From contig JAAFJU010000011.1 of assembly GCA_013298165.1 (NCBI GenBank), forward strand, positions 980 through 64,979: DNA of 64,000 nucleotides, read 5' to 3'. The notes under the pieces are model-generated. The model was not told the origin of the DNA. It saw only the letters and a list, made by a program, of their open reading frames with translations, and did no database searches. Positions 9,242 to 18,667 of this stretch are shown here, piece by piece; the first letter of the stretch is position 1; each line of letters opens with the position of its first letter. The position numbers were made by a program, and so were the translations under genes. Source of the stretch: Synechococcales cyanobacterium bin31.maxbin.ball.101 (GTDB taxonomy: Bacteria > Cyanobacteriota > Cyanobacteriia > Leptolyngbyales > Leptolyngbyaceae).

Positions 9242-10456
9242 GTGCTTCCCACCGATCTTCTCACCCACCGAATCAATGGCGAAACCGTTGTTCCTAAACG
9301 GGTAGAATTGAATGAAGAAATGACCACGATCGCCTCTGAACTGATCGATATTTTCACCCAGTCCAAAGGCAGCACCCGCGCCGAACTCAACCGTCTCCTG
9401 CTTGAACTCGAAGGCGAAGAAACTGACTATCGATTCAAACGCGGACTGGCCCATTTACTCACCAGTGCCTTCAGCGAATTTGAAACCATTTCGCCGCTAG
9501 ACCCGCCAATGTTGCGCGATCGGGTATTCGCCGCCTCAGCACTGACCATTCCGAGTTTGCAAAGCACGATCGTCACCCTCCAAAAAGTTGCCGACGAACT
9601 CACCCAAGAACTTTCCAAAGAAGTCCTCCCAGAACAAATCAAACAAGGACTCTACGCCGATCTCCCCGACAATCAAATCCTCACCGAATTCAAAGCCCCC
9701 ACCCCCGAAGCCTTACTCCACCGCTACAACCTCTCCCAAGTCCAAGGCATCTTCTACCGCGCCACCGACGTTCGCATTGACGCCCACCGCAACGAACCTG
9801 GACAATACAAACTCCTGTTTCGCTATAGTAAACTGTTTCAACTTATGAGCTATATCGAAGGCGATGCTGATCATGGATTCACCTTAACGATCGATGGTCC
9901 CACTAGTCTCTTTAGCGCTTCCACCCGCTATGGCCTAGCATTGGCAAAACTATTGCCTGCACTGTTGCATGTTACGAAATGGACCTTGACGGCAGATTTG
10001 CAAATGAAAGATTTCTATTCAGGCGAAATTCGCAAAACGCGATTTACCTTGGAATCAGATTGCGGGCTTGTCAGTCATTATCCACCGGGAAAAACCTACG
10101 ATAGTATGCTCGAAGAAGGCTTTGTCGATCGGTGGAACAAGACCAAAACGGAATGGAAATTAGAACGGGAAGTGGACTTAGTCCCGATTCCTGGAAGTGT
10201 TATGATTCCTGACTTTCGGCTAGTTCATCCCGATGGTAGAACCTATTTATTTGAGATTGTGGGGTACTGGCGACCGGAGTATTTGCGTAAAAAGTTTGCT
10301 CAAGTGCGCAAGGCCGATCGATCGGACCTCATCCTAGCCGTCTCCGAACGCCTCAACCTAGAGAAAGCAGGCGTGAAAATGCAGGATATTCCTGAGAATA
10401 CGATTTGGTTTAAAGATAAACTATTGCCGAAGGCTGTTTTGGCACTGCTGGATTGA
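9242..10456 (+). CDS. DUF790-family (Bax1-like) nuclease
   Basis: GTG start. The C-terminal IPDFRLVHPDGRTYLFEIVGYWRPEYLRKK is the hallmark I recall for DUF790. The N-terminus, LL.HRINGETVVP, is also typical. Confidence 0.7.
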   Translation: MLPTDLLTHRINGETVVPKRVELNEEMTTIASELIDIFTQSKGSTRAELNRLLLELEGEETDYRFKRGLAHLLTSAFSEFETISPLDPPMLRDRVFAASALTIPSLQSTIVTLQKVADELTQELSKEVLPEQIKQGLYADLPDNQILTEFKAPTPEALLHRYNLSQVQGIFYRATDVRIDAHRNEPGQYKLLFRYSKLFQLMSYIEGDADHGFTLTIDGPTSLFSASTRYGLALAKLLPALLHVTKWTLTADLQMKDFYSGEIRKTRFTLESDCGLVSHYPPGKTYDSMLEEGFVDRWNKTKTEWKLEREVDLVPIPGSVMIPDFRLVHPDGRTYLFEIVGYWRPEYLRKKFAQVRKADRSDLILAVSERLNLEKAGVKMQDIPENTIWFKDKLLPKAVLALLD

Positions 10457-10529
10457 GACAAAATTTAGAGTTATTGTTTGAGGAAGAGGATTAACGATCG
10501 CAATCCTAAGATTTTCAGGAGTCGTTACC

Positions 10530-11192
10530 ATGGCACGCTTAGTAGATCTGACTGCAGAAGAGCTTTTACTCATCCCTAATCATCGTCAGTTCTGGTATGA
10601 AGCGGCTATTTCAAAGGCTCCGATCGACCGAAGTGAATTCCAAACAGCCATTGAGACTATTTACAAAATCCTAGGACTCGACGTTCCCAAACTTCACTTT
10701 TGTGATGACCCTTGTGATTTGATTGAGAAAAGTCGTGACTTCTTCCAGCGACTTTATCATTGTGAGGGTGGAGCGGCTTTCGTGAGTCCTACAATGGCTA
10801 AAATTCACGAATTACATCTGCGTTTTATTTGTACGATCGGAGCCTATGAGAGTCTTCTAGGCGATCAGTTGTCTGTCATTTCTGAAGAAGAAATCGAAAA
10901 TGAATACAGAATTGACAATGAATTTGAAAAAATATTTCTCAGTAATTTACCTAATGGGTTTGATAGTCACTGTTTTGCAGGTCATAGGTCTTGGGTATAT
11001 CCTAGATTTGATGAGATAGGTACAGTATGTTGGATAGATTTCCATTTTTCTGTCATTCGACATACTGTCTCTGAGGACTATGATGAGTTAGCTTGGCAGG
11101 CGTACCGAAAGCTCATTCTGTTAGGGGGTTGGTTCGTTGCGTTCGAGTCTGATTGCTTTGTATGCGATCGGCCACATTACGATGAGAGATAA
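10530..11192 (+). CDS. Hypothetical protein
   Basis: A 220-aa ORF with a good AGGAG-like context. The N-terminus, LTAEELLLIPNHRQFWYEAAISKAPIDRSEF, recalls a multi-copy cyanobacterial family whose name I cannot give with confidence. Confidence 0.5.
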   Translation: MARLVDLTAEELLLIPNHRQFWYEAAISKAPIDRSEFQTAIETIYKILGLDVPKLHFCDDPCDLIEKSRDFFQRLYHCEGGAAFVSPTMAKIHELHLRFICTIGAYESLLGDQLSVISEEEIENEYRIDNEFEKIFLSNLPNGFDSHCFAGHRSWVYPRFDEIGTVCWIDFHFSVIRHTVSEDYDELAWQAYRKLILLGGWFVAFESDCFVCDRPHYDER

Positions 11193-11198
11193 TAAAAT

Positions 11199-11675
11199 TT
11201 GAGGCAAAACTGGGAATACTATCACCAGGTTATTAATTTAGTAGTACAAACAATACGCATGTCAAACAGTCATGATTCAGAACTCTATGTAGAGTTTACG
11301 ATTGCAATTACTGAAGGTGATGCCGAAGCTGTCTGTGACTGTATCGCGCGAGGTGTCAATATTCATCTCAGTCATATCGACGATCAAACGCCGCTTGGAG
11401 TCTCCGCTCTGGAAGGTAATCTAGACATTGTAAAGATCCTATTGGACGCTGGAGTTGATGTAAATGCTAGACAGCTCACGGATGGATTTACAGCCTTGAT
11501 GAATGCAGTAGCAGGAGGACATTTAGGCGTTGTCAGAACTTTGGTAGAAGCGGGCGCACGGGTTAATATGCAAAGCTTTCAAGGTGATACGGCTGAAAAT
11601 ATTGCGGAGTCTAATAACCATGAAGAAATAATGGCTTATCTCCAACCATGGCTCAGTGAACCTGAATGGGATTAG
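11199..11675 (+). CDS. Ankyrin-repeat protein
   Basis: TPLGVSALEGNLDIVKILLDAGVDVNA and FTALMNAVAGGHLGVVRTLVEAGARVN are canonical ANK repeats. The start may be the internal MSNSHD. Confidence 0.8.
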   Translation: MRQNWEYYHQVINLVVQTIRMSNSHDSELYVEFTIAITEGDAEAVCDCIARGVNIHLSHIDDQTPLGVSALEGNLDIVKILLDAGVDVNARQLTDGFTALMNAVAGGHLGVVRTLVEAGARVNMQSFQGDTAENIAESNNHEEIMAYLQPWLSEPEWD

Positions 11676-11749
11676 CTGCATAGACTTGTTCTCGTCGTAT
11701 TTGATACGATCGGCCACAGTATAATGTTTGAACCTACTATTTCACTCTT

Positions 11750-12040
11750 ATGTCACTGGATTATCCTGAATACGAAGAACTCCGCAAGAAAAGCCGATTC
11801 CTAGGATTGCTATGGCGACTCGGTGACATGGGTACCTACTTTGGTCTGATAGGCGCGATCGCTTCACCACTGATGGTCATTAATAATCAATTTGCAAATC
11901 GTAAGACTCCGTTGCCATGGAATAAAGCTATCGAATTTGGTCTGATTTCGATATTGTTTTTCGTAGTTGTTTTTTTGAGTGCTGGTCAGCTTAAGTGCTT
12001 TGCGATCGAAAGAGGTAAAAAACTCAAGAGTAAGTCCTGA
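11750..12040 (+). CDS. Small membrane protein (2 predicted TM segments)
   Basis: 96 aa with two hydrophobic stretches. I recognise no family. Confidence 0.4.
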   Translation: MSLDYPEYEELRKKSRFLGLLWRLGDMGTYFGLIGAIASPLMVINNQFANRKTPLPWNKAIEFGLISILFFVVVFLSAGQLKCFAIERGKKLKSKS

Positions 12041-12123
12041 TTTGATAATGGGGAGAATGAGCTTCGACATCGAACAGCAACTACGCTAAAATTAGACTGT
12101 AGTTTCAACGGTAGGTTTCATCC

Positions 12124-12339
12124 ATGACATCCCGTTCATCAACAACTTCGATCGAATTGATTCTCCATGAATTATCTGTGATAAATGTCGAGCAAGCCCA
12201 GAAAAACCAAGCTGCGATCGACCTTTTAGACTCATGGATGGATGACAGTGAAGAAGCGGCTGAGCATCAGCAAGCTTGGGACTTTTTGAAGACGGCACTT
12301 GACGAAGATCGTCTATCGAATCGCCCCTTGTTCCTATGA
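12124..12339 (+). CDS. Small antitoxin-like protein (VapB-position type)
   Basis: The C-terminus, AWDFLKTALDEDRLSNRPLF, matches a motif I recall from small cyanobacterial proteins that sit upstream of PIN toxins. Confidence 0.4.
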   Translation: MTSRSSTTSIELILHELSVINVEQAQKNQAAIDLLDSWMDDSEEAAEHQQAWDFLKTALDEDRLSNRPLFL

Positions 12340-12382
12340 ATCGATCTGAATTTACGACAACATTAGACTAGTAGTCCATTTA

Positions 12383-13000
12383 ATGAGTTCTTCCTTCCAA
12401 TTACAAGCCGTCGTTGAGGCTCCCAACCTTCCAGATGAGTTTGTATGTCCGTGGGAGTTTCAACCCCTGGAACCACTTTCTTGGATTAAATTGTCGGGTG
12501 GAATGACGGATCAGGACATTGGATCGATCGTTGCTCAACTCGTGCAATATAACCAATTGGATTTTTCAGGAGATTGCCACTCGATACTCGATCGGATTCT
12601 AAACGCCGAGAGTTTGATTTTACCAGGAGGACTTCAGGCTGTTTTTGCAGATCAAGTTATTGCTCCAAGTTGCTGCTGTGGACTCGAAACCTGGCGAGAA
12701 TGGCAAGTTTTTTTGACAACAGGAGATTCCCCTTGGCTAGGTCATGATCCCAGCCCATGGATTGAAACGGACAATGAACAGATCCGAATTTGGTCAGATG
12801 GCGGTTTAGGGGAATCAACCCAAAATGCATTTCGGATTGAGGTTGCCCGATCGACCTTTCGACAAGCACTACAGACCGTCGAACAGGACCTTCAGAATTT
12901 TCTGTACTGTGTTGATAGTTGGGCACAGACTATCGGTTTCAAATCATCGAAGAACTTTTCTCAGAAAATCAACCAATGCTTTGAGATTGGTGACAGCTAA
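12383..13000 (+). CDS. Hypothetical protein
   Basis: A 205-aa ORF lying 43 nt downstream of the antitoxin-like gene. It carries a Cys cluster (APSCCCGLETWREW). I recognise no family. Confidence 0.5.
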   Translation: MSSSFQLQAVVEAPNLPDEFVCPWEFQPLEPLSWIKLSGGMTDQDIGSIVAQLVQYNQLDFSGDCHSILDRILNAESLILPGGLQAVFADQVIAPSCCCGLETWREWQVFLTTGDSPWLGHDPSPWIETDNEQIRIWSDGGLGESTQNAFRIEVARSTFRQALQTVEQDLQNFLYCVDSWAQTIGFKSSKNFSQKINQCFEIGDS

Positions 13001-13098
13001 AGTTTGGAATGGCTGGAGTTTTTCAGACTTCGTAAAAGCGATCGGCTCAAGCAAGATATAATTGTAAATGTCACTGTTACATTTCTCGGAGTCTCGAT

Positions 13099-13584
13099 AT
13101 GACTGAAGCGTCAGACGATCGAAGCCCATGGACCGGACTCACCCAGCAGCAGCATCTCTGGATTGCGGCGACCATTTGGACGGTGGTGGGTGCCGGACTG
13201 TTAACCATGGGGAGCGTCTTTTGGTTTCATTTTCCCTACCTCGGCGACCTCGATCCGAAGCATCTTGCAGGCGGAACGATCGCGCTTAGTATTGGATTGT
13301 TAAAAGGAAAATTCGTCCTCGACAAAACGGCCAGCCGCGTCATCGATCGCACCGCCGACCTCAAAGAACCCAATCCCCTCAAAAGTATCTTTCAGATGTT
13401 CGGCACCAAAACGATCGCCCTCATCGCCTCCATGATGGGCATCGGTGTCATTCTACGGGCTGCAGGTGTGAGCTTCGAAATCCGGGGATTAATTTATCTC
13501 GCTGTGGGTGCAGGGCTACTCTGGAGTTGCCGCCAATATTGGATCTCATCATTCCAAATCGGCAAGCCTGACCCGACCACTTAG
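13099..13584 (+). CDS. Integral membrane protein
   Basis: 161 aa with about 4 hydrophobic helices. An intrinsic terminator follows it. Confidence 0.55.
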   Translation: MTEASDDRSPWTGLTQQQHLWIAATIWTVVGAGLLTMGSVFWFHFPYLGDLDPKHLAGGTIALSIGLLKGKFVLDKTASRVIDRTADLKEPNPLKSIFQMFGTKTIALIASMMGIGVILRAAGVSFEIRGLIYLAVGAGLLWSCRQYWISSFQIGKPDPTT

Positions 13585-13602
13585 ATTGCCCTCAACCCAT
13601 CA

Positions 13603-13630
13603 ACGATCGTGACCGTCACGATCGTTTTTT
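13603..13630 (+). terminator. Rho-independent terminator
   Basis: A perfect stem, ACGATCGTGAC / GTCACGATCGT, is followed by TTTTTT. Confidence 0.6.
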
Positions 13631-13701
13631 ATTGACTTTAAATAAAAAACGACGCTTCAACGTAAAATCATTCTCAATTCTTCATTCTCAATTCTCCCCC
13701 C

Positions 13702-14541
13702 ATGCCAAACCCCGCCGATCGTCTCAGCGAACTGTACCAACTCGCCTGCACCACTGCCCAAGGCGCAGCGGACATCCTGCTAGAGTATCGATCGAAATTT
13801 GAGATTGGGGGAGATCTCGATAGCCCTGTGACCAGTGCCGACCTGGCCGCCAATGACCATATCTTAAATACCCTCCAAACCCACCTTGGCCTTGAGGACT
13901 ATGCCTATTTAAGTGAGGAAACCTTCAAAATTCAAAACCCGGACGATCGACGTAAAGATTGGGTGTGGATCATCGATCCACTCGATGGTACGAAAGACTA
14001 CATTCAAAATACCGGAGACTACGCAGTTCAAATTGCCCTTGCGTATCGTGGAAGGCCCGTCGTTGCTGCAGTTGCCTGTCCTGGGATGGGTAAGCTTTAT
14101 AGCGCCTTGGCCGGAACGGGCACATGGGTGGAGGAGCAAGCTGGAAACCGTCGTAAAGTCACTGTTTCCAATCGATCGAACCGATCGGAGATGACCATTG
14201 TGACCAGCCGTAATCACAGCAGTGAGAAATTAGAAGAACTCATAAACATTTTAGAGGTCTCTACCCGCAGAGGGATGGGGAGTATAGGATGTAAGTTATC
14301 TGCCATCGTTGAACAGGATGCAGACCTTTACCTCTCAGTCTCCGGAAAAACAGCTCCGAAAGATTGGGATTTCGCCGCTCCTGAACTGATTCTCACAGAA
14401 GCAGGCGGACAACTGACTTACTTCGATGGAAGCTTGATTGCTTACAATCGCGAAGATGTCAATCAATGGAACGGAATTATCGCTAGCAATGGTACTTGTC
14501 ATGACGAACTCTGTAGTCTCCTTAGCGCACCGCCTGAATAG
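13702..14541 (+). CDS. Inositol monophosphatase family / 3'(2'),5'-bisphosphate nucleotidase-like
   Basis: WIIDPLDGTKDY is the metal-binding motif. Also present: SEE..., GSIGCKL and WDFAAPELIL. Confidence 0.85.
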   Translation: MPNPADRLSELYQLACTTAQGAADILLEYRSKFEIGGDLDSPVTSADLAANDHILNTLQTHLGLEDYAYLSEETFKIQNPDDRRKDWVWIIDPLDGTKDYIQNTGDYAVQIALAYRGRPVVAAVACPGMGKLYSALAGTGTWVEEQAGNRRKVTVSNRSNRSEMTIVTSRNHSSEKLEELINILEVSTRRGMGSIGCKLSAIVEQDADLYLSVSGKTAPKDWDFAAPELILTEAGGQLTYFDGSLIAYNREDVNQWNGIIASNGTCHDELCSLLSAPPE

Positions 14542-14566
14542 CAAGCTTCACACCTATTTAGGAACA

Positions 14567-14881
14567 ATGCAGAGTTTTCTGGTCAGTCATGATGGCGATG
14601 AAGAACTACAGCATTTGGTGAATGCCTTTGAAATGGGCCGAGATGTAGACTTCGGAGCGTTGGTGCTAAGTAAAGAAGGCATTTGCACCCCTGATGACAT
14701 CATTCCTTGGGGTGCCCTGCGATCGTTCTGCTACAGCAACCGTGAACTCGTTTTCGTCCGTCAATGCGGCAATCAATTCAGCAGCCATCGCCAGCACGTC
14801 AGCAAACTCAAGCACCTGCCGATTCTGCTCCACATTCTTCACCAAAACAGCCCTGAACAAGCTTCAACGTTCAGCCGTTAA
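14567..14881 (+). CDS. Hypothetical protein
   Basis: The track ORF was trimmed to the first ATG after the upstream stop codon. There are no family clues. Confidence 0.3.
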   Translation: MQSFLVSHDGDEELQHLVNAFEMGRDVDFGALVLSKEGICTPDDIIPWGALRSFCYSNRELVFVRQCGNQFSSHRQHVSKLKHLPILLHILHQNSPEQASTFSR

Positions 14882-14943
14882 TCCCTCAAATCCGGGCGAA
14901 CCAGGCCCCCCGGCCCCCAAGTTTGGGGGAGTTAGAGTGGGGA

Positions 14944-15591
14944 CTACATCATGCGACGGGCGATTACTGCGTAGAAAGGGTCGCCGCCGCTCATGCCTAG
15001 CATTTGTAAAATGGGATTTGCTGCCGATCGTTTTTCCACTACTTCCGGTGTGCTAAATCTAGGCACTGAACCGTAGTAAGACTTGACGAGATTAACCCGA
15101 TCGCTCTCACTGCCATCTCGCCAAGCGGCGATCGCCTTTTGGTAGAACATGCGGTTCGAAAAGCTCATGATACAGATGCCATCGGTTTTTAGGACTCGAT
15201 AGATTTCAGTAAAAATAGCCTCTGGATATTGCAAATACTGCACCGACACCGTACAGATCACCGCATCAAAACTTTGATCCTCCAGTGGCAATTGCAGATT
15301 TTCATTGAGGTTCTGCGTGAAATAGTGATTGAGTCTTGGATTTTTAGATAGTTCTTCTGCATTCATTCCATGGCCTTCCACATGCTCGAAGGCCATTTGG
15401 TTCGGCAAATGGGAGACCCAGCTACTCATGAGATCTAGAACCCGCATTCCCGGTTTCAGACGTTCTTGATACAAGTCCGTCAATTGAGCAATGAATCCAG
15501 TATCGACATGGGTAACAAGACGCGCTACATCATAAAAGTCGCGATCGTCCGTACTATCCAGCTTCTTGCGATCGGTCGGTGTCAAAATCAT
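14944..15591 (-). CDS. Class I SAM-dependent methyltransferase
   Basis: VLDLMSSW (motif I-like) and FDAVICTVSVQYLQYPEAIFTEIYRVLKTDGICIMSF are typical of the Methyltransf_11 family. Confidence 0.85.
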   Translation of the reverse strand: MILTPTDRKKLDSTDDRDFYDVARLVTHVDTGFIAQLTDLYQERLKPGMRVLDLMSSWVSHLPNQMAFEHVEGHGMNAEELSKNPRLNHYFTQNLNENLQLPLEDQSFDAVICTVSVQYLQYPEAIFTEIYRVLKTDGICIMSFSNRMFYQKAIAAWRDGSESDRVNLVKSYYGSVPRFSTPEVVEKRSAANPILQMLGMSGGDPFYAVIARRMM

Positions 15592-15714
15592 AGTTTTTAT
15601 GCCTCATGCCCCGTGGCGAATCCTATATATTGTTGCACCGCAGGAGACGGTTGAAAAAGCTCTAATCCATAATCTGTACTGGTGACTGACTTCCCTCCAT
15701 TCTCTCACTTTTTC

Positions 15715-17139
15715 TTATTCTTGAAGAGGTCTTTTTAGATAATCTTCTAATTCGTGGCTTAGCCATTCCACCTCAGGTGTGGTGAGTTGACCAGAGTTAA
15801 GGTTGATTTTACGCTTTCCCGCCCAAACGTTAAGTTCTGGCCAAAATGAAGTAAGCATATCTGGTTTTGATAGCTCAATTTTAGCGATATGTTCGACTCT
15901 TAGCTTTCGGGATTTCCAAAAAGTAATCCCAAATAGCTTATATGACAAAACAATAGTGGATGGCGTAACGTGAAGACGAGTATGGCCGATCAAATAAAAC
16001 AGAGCTATTACTAAAAGAGGTAAACCCGTTCCAAACACTAAGATCGGCATCCATAATGGTAATGGTTGAGGATTAACAAGGAGTAATAATAAATACCAAG
16101 TGTTCCAAACCAAAAAGATAATACCAGTAAGAACTAACCACCAACGAGAGGTGTCGAAAGGAATTAGTATCTTTAGATCGTTGTTGATGCCCTTTGTTAT
16201 TTCCACTTTGCAGTCAAAGGGCTTTTCTGTTACTAGAGCTGTATATTGCTGTTGTCTTTCGATCGCCCAGTCGCCAACCCTAAGGGTGTTGGACATACTT
16301 ACATCTGTATCATCATCTAAGTTGCGGAGAGCCTGCTGAGATGATTGGAACCTTCTCTCTAAGCTAGGATGAGTCGCTTGCTGAAGCCAGCCGACTAAGC
16401 GAGGGCTAAGATTCACCCGATCTTCAAAGCACAGCCGCAGATCTTGCTGGGGTAATTCATCGGGATTGCAGCCAGTCGCTAAATAAATTAGCGTCACGCC
16501 TAGAGCATAAATATCCGATGCGGCGGAAGTTCTCCCACCAAATTGTTCTGGTGGCATATAACCATAGGTACCCACAACCGTTTGAGTTCTGCTATTAATA
16601 GCGGTTTGTATCGAGCCAAAATCAACTAGATAGACCTGACCGGGACTATGGGCTGTGCGATCGGTTAATAAAATATTGCTAGGCTTAATATCTCGATGAA
16701 TCACGGCGGGTTGACGGGCGTGAAGATATTCCAAAATTTTCAGCAGGTCTCTGGCGATCGCTTCCAAATCATTTTCGCTGAAGGTACGACCCGCTTGAAT
16801 GCCCTGTTGCAAAGACTTGGCAGCAATATGACTCTGTACCAATGCAAAGCCTTTCCCCCGTTCTAGTTCCACTTCAAAGAAATCTAGATATTTAGGAATA
16901 GCAGGATGGTCGAGAGACTTTAACACTTCAGCCTCACGTTCAAAAAGCTTTAAATCTTCCCAGGTAAAGTCGGGTCCAAAAAGTAAAAGCTTAATAATGA
17001 CAGAGGTATTGGTCTGGGTATCGATCGCCAGAAAAGTTCTTCGTCCAGTTTGGCGACCCAGAAGGGTATCAATTTGATAGCGTTCTTTTAGTAAGCTTCC
17101 CGTTAATTCTTCCATTTTTATAGATAGAGATTTATCCAT
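15715..17139 (-). CDS. Ser/Thr protein kinase with a C-terminal membrane domain
   Basis: The Hanks motifs are present: VIIK, HRDIKPSNILL, DFG, GTYGYMPPE. Two or three TM helices and a conserved tail follow. Confidence 0.9.
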   Translation of the reverse strand: MDKSLSIKMEELTGSLLKERYQIDTLLGRQTGRRTFLAIDTQTNTSVIIKLLLFGPDFTWEDLKLFEREAEVLKSLDHPAIPKYLDFFEVELERGKGFALVQSHIAAKSLQQGIQAGRTFSENDLEAIARDLLKILEYLHARQPAVIHRDIKPSNILLTDRTAHSPGQVYLVDFGSIQTAINSRTQTVVGTYGYMPPEQFGGRTSAASDIYALGVTLIYLATGCNPDELPQQDLRLCFEDRVNLSPRLVGWLQQATHPSLERRFQSSQQALRNLDDDTDVSMSNTLRVGDWAIERQQQYTALVTEKPFDCKVEITKGINNDLKILIPFDTSRWWLVLTGIIFLVWNTWYLLLLLVNPQPLPLWMPILVFGTGLPLLVIALFYLIGHTRLHVTPSTIVLSYKLFGITFWKSRKLRVEHIAKIELSKPDMLTSFWPELNVWAGKRKINLNSGQLTTPEVEWLSHELEDYLKRPLQE

Positions 17140-17254
17140 GATTCATCGAGGTCGTAAATTACACGGGGCTATGATTTCTTTCTAACGTTTATACTTACCC
17201 TCAATGATCTGAGTAGTATTTTCATCGAAAAGCCTGTCTAAACTGATAGTGCCA

Positions 17255-17929
17255 TTACCTAAAGGACGGATAAAAATAGCCCTCACAGATCAAGTCCTGA
17301 CTACGGTGCTTCCGAGACCGTCCTCTTCTTTCTTCTCCTTTACTGAATGGCACAATCCTTTTACTGATACCGCCCAATGCCTGTGCCGCAATCATACGAA
17401 CATCGGAGTCAGGGCCTTTGGCTAGGACCAATAATTCATCAGTCACTCTAGGGTTACTTTTACTGATATGACCCAATGCCTGTGCCACAATCATACGCAC
17501 ATTGGAGTCAGGGCCTTTGACTAGGACCAATAATTCATCAATTACTCTAGGGTTACTTTCACCGATACGGCCCAATGCCCTTGCCGCAATCATACGAACA
17601 TCGGAGTCAGGGCCTTTGGCTAGGACCAATAATTCATCAATCACTCCAGGGTTACTTTCACCGATACGGCCCAATGCCTGTGTCGCAATCATACGCACAT
17701 TGGAGTCAGGGCCTTTGGCTAGGACCAATAATTCATCAGTCATTCTAGGGTCAATTTTTGTAGTGACCCTATGGGAAAAATCAGCGCAGATGTCGGCTTT
17801 ATCCATGTCTTTGACGGGAGCCGCAGAAGCGGAACTTGCCAATATTGCGATGGTCGCGATCACACCGGAGAGGGTTGCCAAACCGATCGCGTTGTTCATC
17901 TTGGTTAGGGTGTTGAGAATGCTTTTCAT
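17255..17929 (-). CDS. Secreted HEAT/PBS-lyase-type repeat protein
   Basis: A signal peptide is followed by four 33-aa repeats of the form DELLVLAKGPDS(N/D)VRMIA(T/A)QALG.I.(E/K)SNP.V. Confidence 0.8.
   Translation of the reverse strand: MKSILNTLTKMNNAIGLATLSGVIATIAILASSASAAPVKDMDKADICADFSHRVTTKIDPRMTDELLVLAKGPDSNVRMIATQALGRIGESNPGVIDELLVLAKGPDSDVRMIAARALGRIGESNPRVIDELLVLVKGPDSNVRMIVAQALGHISKSNPRVTDELLVLAKGPDSDVRMIAAQALGGISKRIVPFSKGEERRGRSRKHRSQDLICEGYFYPSFR
17362..17757. repeat. Four tandem 99-bp near-identical coding repeats
   Basis: CCCAATGC recurs at 17373, 17472, 17571 and 17670, an exact 99-bp period, inside the HEAT-repeat gene. Confidence 0.85.
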
Positions 17930-18301
17930 GGAGTATGTTCTTTTAAAGAATTGGAATTAATTAGGCTCCATTCTTTGTCGTTGGAGGTGGGTGAAAAGTT
18001 CCACATCGAAGGTCCAAGGTCTGATTGAGATTCAAGCTATGTTTTAGCAGTTGCTCTGTCGTTTGTTAGATTGTCACCGTTGCCTAGCCCATACTGCATA
18101 AAGACCACCGGATAGAATTCCCAACAAGTGCCCGTAGTTAGAACTAGCTTTGTCGATCGTCATCAGTTAACATGACCTTCGTCATCCACTATTTTTTGTT
18201 TTTTACAACCTTAACGAAATCTGGGATTCAAATTTGCAGATTGAGTTGTTCATACTTCATATCAGCAACGCCGATCGGGTTCAATGATCCGCGACGACCT
18301 C

Positions 18302-18667
18302 TCAACCCGTACCAAATTCCGTATATTGCCGCACCGCAGGCTCGTGGAAGGCCAGCACAATATCTTCCTTGGGAACACCTAAATCGACCAATGGATTGGC
18401 AATTCCTTCTTCTGTTCCATCATGTTGAATCCAAATCTTTTCAGCTCTGATGTCGAGATGTAAGATGCAGCTAAAACTGCGATGATTTTTAGACCAACCG
18501 ACGTGGAGAAGTTGATAGTGATCTCGATCGGTATCAAACAACGTTTCAATCTCGTACTCTTCCGCGCCTTCTCCTAGGTTCGATCGTTGTGCCCGCTCTG
18601 TCAGAAGCATCTGGATATATTGCCGATACTTGGCGACAGACGTTGTTTCACTAGTTTCTACAGCCAT
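18302..18667 (-). CDS. xisI: XisI-family protein
   Basis: YRQYIQMLL...DHYQLLHVGW...CILHLDIRAEKIWIQHDGTEEGIANPLVDLGVPKEDIVLAFH. Confidence 0.85.
   Translation of the reverse strand: MAVETSETTSVAKYRQYIQMLLTERAQRSNLGEGAEEYEIETLFDTDRDHYQLLHVGWSKNHRSFSCILHLDIRAEKIWIQHDGTEEGIANPLVDLGVPKEDIVLAFHEPAVRQYTEFGTG

Noticed and set aside
17362-17757. Regularly spaced repeats, considered as a possible CRISPR array.
   Set aside because: The 99-bp units are contiguous with no unique spacers. They are in-frame and encode 33-aa HEAT-type repeats inside a long ORF.
18172-18450. A 92-aa plus-strand ORF in the region between the HEAT-repeat gene and xisI.
   Set aside because: It overlaps the xisI 3' end in antisense, has no motifs and has a poor start context.
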